The notes under the pieces: generated by a model
Seen by the model: only the letters and a program-made list of their open reading frames with translations
What the model was told of the DNA's origin: nothing
Databases searched by the model: none
In this document: one piece after another, positions 55,401 through 64,000 of the stretch
Position numbering within the stretch: position 1 is the first letter of the stretch
How the letters are laid out: each line of letters starts with the position of its first letter
NCBI GenBank assembly: GCA_037379345.1
Contig: CM074515.1
Location: 7,998,001-8,062,000, forward strand
Length of the DNA stretch: 64,000 bases
Source of the DNA: Perna viridis
Lineage: Eukaryota
Reading direction: 5' to 3'
Position numbers and translations under genes: made by a program

Positions 55401-58400
55401 ATGGTATGTCTATAATAAGGAAGGTCTGACAGATACCTACATGTAGCGATGACATCAAGCTATTAATCTGTAGTAGCATACATGTACAAGTAATAACTTT
55501 CATTATTTAGTGCAAGAGATTATTTTATAACATCTTGACCAATCTCCATCGACTCAAAATATAAATATCAGTTTTCAATTGCAACATTAACTCAGTATAT
55601 TAAAATAATATAACAGCAAAATGTGTATAAATCTTCATGACATATTTAATAAGGTACGAACCATAGATATAACTTTTTCACTCAGGAAATAAGTGTATAA
55701 GAGAATATATTTTCTGTTTACCTAATTAAAAAATTTCTGTCCCATGAAAAGTCCGCGTAAAATGTTTTCTATCTTTTTTTTTCTGAACATCTTCTAAATT
55801 CTCATGGACATTTATGCAGATGCTTCTTTTATAACAGAAAAAACATTAATGAAATTTTTAATCATAAAGAGAACACAATGAATTGATTGTAGTTGTTCGT
55901 TTGTTTGTTAGTTTGTTTTTTTTGCATTTGGATAAATAGTTACATAAAATCTCTAGTTTCTAGAGTCAATGTCCCCTCAATCTGGACTTCCTAATAAACT
56001 CTTATTTTATTTTCCCCTGTTAACCACAAACTTGATTAAATCAGAGAATTAACTCTTACAATAATAGGAACAGTTATTGTAAATCAAGGCATCTAAACCT
56101 TCTCTCATATTTCTAACAGTCAAATCAATGACATTTCCATTACTGAAATGAATTTCAAACAGTTTTAAGTGTTTCTATCAGCTCAGAATTAGATTCTGAT
56201 ATGAGAAGGTCACAAAATATTAGATATTATTGAAAATACAGATATTAGATCATTGGCTTCAAAGAAATATGAAACCAAGATTAATAATTTTATAGAAAAA
56301 TCTATTCTTCTTTTGTGAAATTGATGTACAGTTTTTAACAGAAGATGTCAATATTTTCTAAGAAAACAAAGAACTACAAAACTTAAACAACAATGTGACT
56401 ATTCTAGTTCTGAAAAAGAAGGAAAAGGAGGATTTCCAAATATCAATAACATTATTCTATGATTTTGCCTATTTCAATCACATCAGTTCATATCTTACAA
56501 ATTTAATAGGTTTTAATATTTAAACAAATATCCTGATAAAGAGAAAGCCATTAAAGTCAATAGGATAAAATACTTTACATTATATATGTTTCCATCAAAT
56601 TGTATGAGTAGTTGCATCATGACCATAAATAAACTTGATAAGTAAATACTGTATACATGATATATATCAAGATTAGCTTGTACATTACATTCTAACCTAC
56701 AATGGCTTTCATTTTTTTTCTGTCTTACAAATTTAAGTGGATCTTGCAGAGAAAGGGTACTATAAGACTGGTGAGATTGATAATGTATTCTACAATAAAT
56801 GTATTCTGCACATAATCAAATAACAGTATCTTACCTGAACATTTCTGTTAATACATCTGATGGACTGGTTTTCTTTCCTGACAGTAGCAACTGAAGTTTA
56901 CTAACACTCTGTGTTGCTGTAGACACAGGAGTTATGGAGGGGTCCTTATCCTTTAGATATCTCCTCCCCGTCAGTGGAGTCAAAGGTGCTAATGTCTTTG
57001 TCTGATCAAAATATAAAGAATAACAAGGACTTTTACTATAAGGCCATCTGTCACTCTGTTGACACAGACACAGCTCGTGTTTACGGGCCAAAATCTTCCT
57101 CATAATCGGGTGAACTATCATCATTCTCAGCCATTGAAGTATTTATTTTATTTATTATTTCTTTTGTGATATAACTGGAACCACCTAAAGTCCTGATTTC
57201 AGTCCATGCATTAGGCCACAAAATTAACAGGAATATTCACATAATTGTTTCAAATAATCAATTTTTACTGTTCAATTGTAACCAATTCATACTAAGAGAT
57301 TTAAATTTGTTTACATTTCTTCTCAGCTGATCTCATTAAGTCCACATGTTATAACATTATGTCAATTCAATCATTTATATGTAAAAATACATCAGCTTTC
57401 ACAAATTATCCATTTTCCAGCTTCCCAATAATTTAAATCTCTACACTATCCAAATCCCAAACCATTTACTCATATTCCTTTGTCCAAGTGCACTATATAT
57501 ACATGAAGTATTGAGGGAAAACTTCAACATGTTCTAACATGTTTTCCTAGGTAGTTTTCTCTCTTGTCTAAATGTGTTACATTGACAGTTAAATCTTGAT
57601 TACTCAACACTTTTATATGATAACATGATATTGGAAGAAAAAGTTTTACATCCTATCACATTACTTTTAAAATGCATCATTTAAATTGGTGGTCAGGATC
57701 TTAATCTTAGCATCAATTATATATATTATATGATCCTTTTCAGTTAATTCAAATGATATACAAATATCTCTTTGTCCTTTACTTTTCTTTTTCAGTAACA
57801 TTGTGAGGATTTCATTATATTTTATTTGTAAATTTTGAGAGATCCTTCGGAATCTCTTAGAGACAACAGAATACGAGCCTTGTAAAACAAGAGGCTCCCA
57901 AAAGCCTGAATCGCCCACCTTGTTAAAGTTTGTCTTTCAAGGGCAATAAAGAACACCATTACAAGGAGTCACCTGACAACTTTGATCCCTGAAGACTTTT
58001 GAAGGCCTTATAAATTGGGTAATTTCAATTGAAATGATTTTGCTAAATCTAACAGTTTTGGAGATATATGCGAAAAACAACTGTCTGACCCCTTTGTTAC
58101 TTTTTAGTAATGGTGGCCATGTTTTTCGACGGATCAGAAATCCCCACATCAGTTCTATGCAGGATACTCCAAAGAACATTCATGCCAAATTTGGTTCTAA
58201 TTGGTCAAGTAGTGTCACAATAGAAGAGTTTCGAAAAATTGTTAACAACGATGGACGCCAAATGATAGCAATAGCTCAATGGCCTTCGGCCAGGTGAGCT
58301 AAAATGGACACATTTAAAAGAAAAAAATTACTGAGTTCAAATATGAGGACCAATAACAAATATACTATAGTAGATTACAATAGAAAATTATAGTGATTCA

Positions 58401-61400
58401 GATAGCAGCAGAAATCTACGTAAATAACAACTCTTTAGGTGGCATTGTCTCCCTGCCCTTTTTTGGTAGGTTTCAATAGCTCTCTGGCATTTTCTGTCAG
58501 TTTTCCCTAAATAGATATTATGTTTGTATAATGTGCCTTCAAATTTGCCTCTAACAAGCTAGAGTGCGCTTTTTTTACCTGGATTATCCTGCCAATTTCA
58601 TAAGCTGCAGGGAACACTAAATTAGGTAAATGATGATACATGTTAATTTTTTGTTATTGAATTGATTTGAACAGACCTAGAAACAAATTTTATACCAAGA
58701 CAGCATGTGAAAAAGATACACTGACTAATCATATAGGACATCAAATTTACCAGTAAAATTTTACAGTGCATTTGAACTAATTTTAAATGATAAAATCATT
58801 GAACATCTTGAGTGTAAAGGAATTGTACCTGTAATCATTGCTATTAAGCCTCCCACACAATTAATGAAAGACTTTGAATCTCCCACATAAGTGTTTTGGT
58901 TAAAACTACTACATTTTCTATGAAAAAAATGTGACTTTTTACATGAAAGATTAGCTTTTATGTAAAAAAAAAAATCTCCCACATAAAACAGTGTCAAGAA
59001 AAGGAGAATCTCCCACATTTATTGTTCCCAAGGTTTATAGGTCAGAAGTGCATTGGATGTAATTCAGCACTAAAAAAGTTGAGATTTTTTATAAAAAAGT
59101 ATCACTGGTCTTAGCCAAATTCTTACATGAATGTGTGATAAAAGTACTTCAGATGTTTTAGTGATGACTTCTTTGCCATTTTCAAGAGCATTTTTTTATG
59201 TAAATGAAGCAGATCATTCCTTTCCTATTATGCTTTACTGTCAATAATATTTCAACTTAAAACTTACTCAGCCTATCTAATCATGGATTATGTGAGGATG
59301 CAAAAAAAAAACAACCTAATTCCCTTATCATAAAGACTTTTATTGACAGTTTAAGTTCTAATCAAATTTGAACAAAAACAACTTGGGATTTTTATTAAAG
59401 TTTCCCCAACTTAGACATCTTGTCAACATTTCTCTTCTATCATTAATTTCTGCTACTGAGTAATCTCCTTAAAAGCTTCATTTTTAGTAGTTGATTTGTA
59501 TTTAGGGGGTCTTTTTATAATTAGCTATCAGTATAAGTATTATATTTTTTTTCTCTTTATGAGCATATGAAAATAAATTAAACACTAGAAGCATTATAAA
59601 TATAGAATCCTTCAGAAATCTTCAAAAAAGAAAATATTCATATTTCAATTATCAGCAATAGTAGGAGGGCATAATTTCAAAATATTTTTTTTGACTATCA
59701 TCATTTACATTCTCAAATCATAGATCTTTTTATTAAGAAATGAACATAATGTCAAAGCAGACAGACAGTGACACAAGGCAAAATAAAAAAAAAACTACAA
59801 CTGCTCAAGAAACAATCAATATATAATATTACATAACTATCAATTATGTTTGGGTTTTTTTTGCACCTTTCGTTATTTTGCCAAAACTTTAAAATCACAC
59901 AATAATCCACCTGTACAAATATCTGACACACCTGGGTGATGTGTCTTTTAAAATGAGGTTCCATGTTGCTCCATACTATCTTAATATACAACCACATGGC
60001 AGAAAATCAAATTTTGTATTGACAGTGTAATAAAATTTTTTTTTTCATTTGATATTGCATGTACTAAAGAAAATTAAATTTTGAAAAGTGGATCCTTTAG
60101 ATACTGCACACTAATAATGGAGACATTTAAGCATGATCCACAATAATATCACTACTGTCAATCAATTGTAATAAATAATCAACATTGTCATAAACCTACT
60201 AGTTCCAATAATTACTGTTACATTAAATCACAAGATCTGTAGTTAAATCAATATGGGGTATATACACCTGAATAATATTGACTAAGATCCTAACCGCCAA
60301 AACCAGTAAAAGCTTGTCTTGTGATTACAATAGAAAAGGAGGCAAAAGTCGGGTATTGGCTTGAGTCCAGTGAAAAAAAAACCCACCATAACACAATATC
60401 AATTGGTCTTATCAATGTTTAACAAGCCGTGGAAGACCACAATAGATCAGTGAAGGATTACTATTAAAATCGTCCAACAAAACACAGAGATGGAAAATAA
60501 AATCTCTCTGACTACAGTATCATTGACAAAGGGAAATCAGTTCACTAAATATTTCTTATCACAAGTTACATCTAAACACTCTATAAATGTAGTTTACTTT
60601 ATAACTGATGTTTTGACAATACTGTTAAACTAAATATTGACTCTGTAGACAATTTTTGAAGAGATAAAGGGATAATACCCACTAGTTTAACTGTCTATAC
60701 AGACATATTTAATCAGCTGATTATCTGGCAGTCTATCAAATCTTACTGCTTCAATTGTTCTCTAATTGTAGGAGGTCTCAATCAAATCCAGTAGACAAAG
60801 ACATGTTATTTGTTCATAATTCAGCAAGACATATAGGCAAAAAAACATGTCATAATTCAATCTGTCAGACCTCCGACTATTACAGAAATCTTCTCAATAG
60901 TAAAGTAAAGTCATTTTTATTCTACTTGAGGAAGTTGTGCTTTATCTTGCTATCGAATTGATCAAGGGCTCTAGTCACAAGGATAAAATGGACTTGAGAT
61001 ACTTAATATAAAATATATTAAAATTTAATAAAAATTTCAACAAGCTATAAATACATGCATGGATTGACAACTTGTCATGAATTTGAACCTAAGGATTCTC
61101 TAGTTAGTAATAAATATTTCTTAAGATTCATTCAACACTCAAGGACTTTACAAAACAAGCATATTTTCATAAATTTTGGCAAAATAAACATACCACAAGG
61201 GTATTGTATGGTCTTTTAAGTACACAACAGGCAATTATACCTTTTTAATGCAATAAAGAGAGGTTGACCTATGATATCATTTAATAGATAAGTTCATCAA
61301 AATCACTGAAATATTTTCTTAGTTCTAATGTTTCCTCAGGAAAGTGGACCTTTCATGGAGTTTTTTCCCCGTCTCTTTCCACATCAAAGTTCTGATCAGG

Positions 61401-61726
61401 TGACTATGATCTTATATTTGTTAGTTACTTACCATCATCCTTTGATCATTTCACCAATACAGCCAATAAGTATTAAAATAAATACGGTGAAAAAAGAAGA
61501 CCACATCAAAAGAGTCAACTCTTTTATCAAATTCTAAAATCTCTTTTAACCTACCTCATCCAAATGTTTTTCAAGATTTTTCTGTCGTTCATCTAACTCT
61601 TCTGACACAGTTTTGGTTTTCGCTGGTGTACCGATCTCCTCCTCAGCATCTTCACCAAGAAAAATTCTTTCATCAAAATCTCCAACACTTAGGACAAACT
61701 CTTCATATTCACTGTTGATGGCTTTG
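43499..61726 (-). CDS. RBL1: Retinoblastoma-like pocket protein (p107/p130, RBL1/RBL2 co-ortholog), 3' portion: 17 exons, ~746 aa; N-terminal exons lie beyond the right edge
   Basis: Exons 61726-61555, 57001-56835, 51265-51184, 50811-50674, 49902-49820, 49334-49214, 48989-48894, 48552-48447, 48148-47958, 47671-47537, 47328-47146, 46706-46635, 46404-46287, 45676-45522, 44718-44659, 44323-44156, 43693-43499 (TAA); frame continuous. Motifs: EYEEFVLSVGDFDERIFLG, TPLTGRRYL, TPVSTATQSVSKL, pocket A (FHRCLLACCLEIVMFSY, EDGLSRDVVKHLNHIEE), spacer cyclin-binding SAKRRLF (p107/p130-type, not RB1), pocket B (GSLALFFRKLYHMASVRLRDLC, KIWTCFEH, HVDQILMCAIYVMAKV, YRMQPQAQSHVYRSVLL, GDLIMFYN), C-terminal SPAKDLRAINNMIR. 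Confidence 0.95.
49581..49623. repeat. 20-bp tandem duplication
   Basis: actttatca(t/c)tggcttcaca x2. Confidence 0.9.
51491..52304 (-). mobile_element. Non-autonomous Helentron-like element (TTTTAGCTCACCTG family), decayed
   Basis: GCTCACCTG/CAGGTGAGC subterminal inverted repeats, GGACCA-c-TGGTCC palindrome, and a duplicated caggtgag at the end. Confidence 0.7.
54811..54899. other. Long intronic inverted repeat (hairpin)
   Basis: Arms 54824-54849 and 54856-54881 pair at 24 of 26 positions around a 6-nt loop; outer stem 54811-54823 with 54888-54899. Confidence 0.85.
57886..58304 (-). mobile_element. Non-autonomous Helentron-like element (TTTTAGCTCACCTG family), 419 bp
   Basis: The - strand starts TTTTAGCTCACCTGGCCGAAGGCCATTGAGCT (TGGCC/GGCCA palindrome) and ends GGTGGGCGATTCAGGCT..AGCCTCTTGTT. 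Confidence 0.8.
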
Positions 61727-62299
61727 CTGAAAGTAGACAAAAAGAATCCATATTCAATTCTAAGGACATGATGTACCTGTACACAATCCAATTTGGTTCA
61801 GCTGCATGTAATGAACTTGGTGCCTGAACAATTTGGAATCTGAAGTGTAAAAATACAAATCAATGGGATCAAATGTGTACAAAAATAGAAATCAAACATT
61901 TATGTTTATTAATTTCATAATGGTCATGAAATTCAGTTTAAAAATTTGGAAAAGAGCATTTTTTTCAAACTTCAGATCTTCACCAACACACTATTGTAAC
62001 AAAAACCTTTTTGGTCCTTTCCAGTAGAGTTTTCTCTTTATATACCATTATGTAAGCCTACCATGAAAATACTGCAATGTAGAGGACCATATTTGTTCTA
62101 TTACCTTATTCTACACTAAGGACTGAAAATGACCTTTAAGCTTGAAATAAATAAGTCTTAAATAGAGATATTGAACTACAATTAGCTATGCCAAACCGAA
62201 AATACCACCTAAAAACTGATCGATTACTATTTTCGTACACTTTTGAGAATAATATTAAGATGGGAACAGTTAGCTGTGAAACATCATGCAATAACTAAC

Positions 62300-62347
62300 C
62301 TGACAAATCTCTTGGCAAACTTTTGATGTTCCTTGTTGATGTTGAGA
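62300..62347 (-). CDS. Candidate 48-nt RBL cassette exon (xLNINKEHQKFAKRFVS)
   Basis: ttgtctcccctgccatttcag|TCTCAAC...TTTGTCAG|gttagt; phase 2/2, open in the frame of exon 61726-61555. Confidence 0.55.
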
Positions 62348-64000
62348 CTGAAATGGCAGGGGAGACAATCAAGTTACAACAATGATGATGATGATGATGA
62401 TGATTATAAAGATACAACAATGAAAGCAGTCTTCACAGAAACTATAAGACAGCAGAAATTTGATTACATAAAATATATGAAAAAAGAATTTTCTTAATCA
62501 GTAAATCTGCAAGTCTAATAACACTCATTTGTTTCTACATAATTACAAATTCTTAATCATATCAATTTTGTTTTGGTTTAATATTTATAGGTAACTATTT
62601 CTGAGAAGACTATCAAATGACTGGGAATGACACTTTGCTGAACACACATACAACATGTATAAAAAGAAACACAACATTCAGTGATATACTATTTCATCCA
62701 TAAATGTACTAAATAAGGTCTGAAAAGAAGACCAGACTGTATAATATATATCTTTACTAGTTAATAGCAGAATATACTAGTGAATGATCTTGACAGTTAA
62801 AGTTTCCAAGGGATTTAAGAATAATTTCAGAGAGTTAAACAGTACTCAACACTAAATCTGTTTTAATAACAGTGATTTGATAATTTTTGAATTACAAAAT
62901 TACACGAACTATGTACCCTATAAACATGACACAGAGTAGAGTAACTACTAGACTTGCTTTCATCATTGGTGATACGGGTAGAAGTCTATATTTAATTTCC
63001 CAATGATTAATACATTAAATAACATATCAAGACAAAGCATGGATGTTTGTAACCGGTTACTAAAATGTTCCATATATCAGTACACCTATTGACTCAAGTC
63101 TCAGTCAGTCACAATGATAGCCTATGAAATCAAGACTTGAATTTTTCTAGTTGAAATAAATTACAAAATTAAAAAACCTTAATGGACCACCCAATTTTAA
63201 CTAGCATAGGTCCAAATGATTAGTCTTTACAAAGATAATATGGTAGTCAGTAAACATGGCAACATTCTCACCAAAAACTGATATGATCTTCCTTTCACAC
63301 AGCAAATAGTTCATTTATGTGATATTACTGTAAAAATTTGAGTGTTCTTTCAGTACAACCTTGGAGGAGGGACTGAGAAAAAATAATTAATACTAAGTTC
63401 TGGAATACCAACTAAGGAATACAAGCGAATCTTTTCATTTTCAGTTAAATCAATGGTGAAAATCAGTTTTAATCTAGGGTGAAATGTTCATTCCATTGTA
63501 TTGTATACAGTAACTGATCACATCTTACTATTCAATGCAAAATGAATTTCAATATAACATAAGTAAAAGTAAATAATAATACCCTTCAGAAAATCAAGCG
63601 ATACTGTATCTATATCACACCAAATTATAAGATAATACAAGATTTGGAAATTGAAAATATATGGTAATTTGAAGACTGTTCTTATACAATTTAAATGTAC
63701 CAAAGTTTTAACAATAAACAACCTTGCTTAACTTAGTTGAATATATATTGCTAACAGGACTATTCAATACTTCAACTTTCTTCACTGTAATGAAAACATT
63801 AAATGTTGGCACCATTTCTATTAAACATAGCTGTAGATCTAATGTAATCCCTTCCTTTCAATGACTTTATGTATTATTGGGAATCAAGCCAAAACAACAC
63901 CCAGGTACTCTCCCACCATACAATTCTATAAATTATCTCCACCCCATACTTTGTAAAATGTAGGCCACAACACGTATCATCAAGTCCTATGAGACAGATC

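Noticed and set aside
57040-57140. ATGATGA box-C-like motif on the RBL sense strand (snoRNA?)
   Set aside because: No properly placed downstream CTGA box D or terminal stem
61340-61399. + strand 60-nt exon-like segment (ESGPFMEFFPRLFPHQSSDQ) suggesting a nested antisense gene
   Set aside because: No partner exons or recognisable homology; compatible with chance
1-64000. Prokaryote-type systems (CRISPR, operons), rRNA and tRNA genes
   Set aside because: The window is spliced eukaryotic DNA; I saw no repeat-spacer array or recognisable structural RNA gene

Overview
AT-rich, CpG-depleted, intron-rich animal genomic DNA. The repeat families suggest a bivalve, probably a Mytilus-type mussel (inference). 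I assembled three spliced genes by hand from GT-AG junctions and checked frame continuity. (1) The 5' half of HYDIN on the - strand: 41 coding exons, ~2624 aa, running off the left edge. (2) A complete PRELID3/SLMO (Ups2-like mitochondrial lipid-transfer) gene on the + strand, head-to-head with HYDIN, 199 aa. (3) The 3' part of an RBL1/RBL2 (p107/p130) gene on the - strand: 17 exons, ~746 aa, tail-to-tail with PRELID3. Introns carry TA-flanked MITEs, a 2.1-kb CAGGG-ended element with a 5-bp TSD and several Helentron-type non-autonomous elements. The best signal is in PRELID3, which has two tandem 87-nt homologous copies of exon 3 (10/29 aa identical), both with intact splice sites. They look like mutually exclusive exons that swap part of the lipid-binding pocket, and they are flanked by Rbfox motifs and competing RNA pairings. 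HYDIN also shows a cluster of candidate micro/cassette exons (3, 13+23 and 63 nt), an array of duplicated 3' splice sites and a possible internal promoter. RBL has a candidate 48-nt cassette exon and a long intronic hairpin. Most short ORFs in the track are exon read-throughs or noise.
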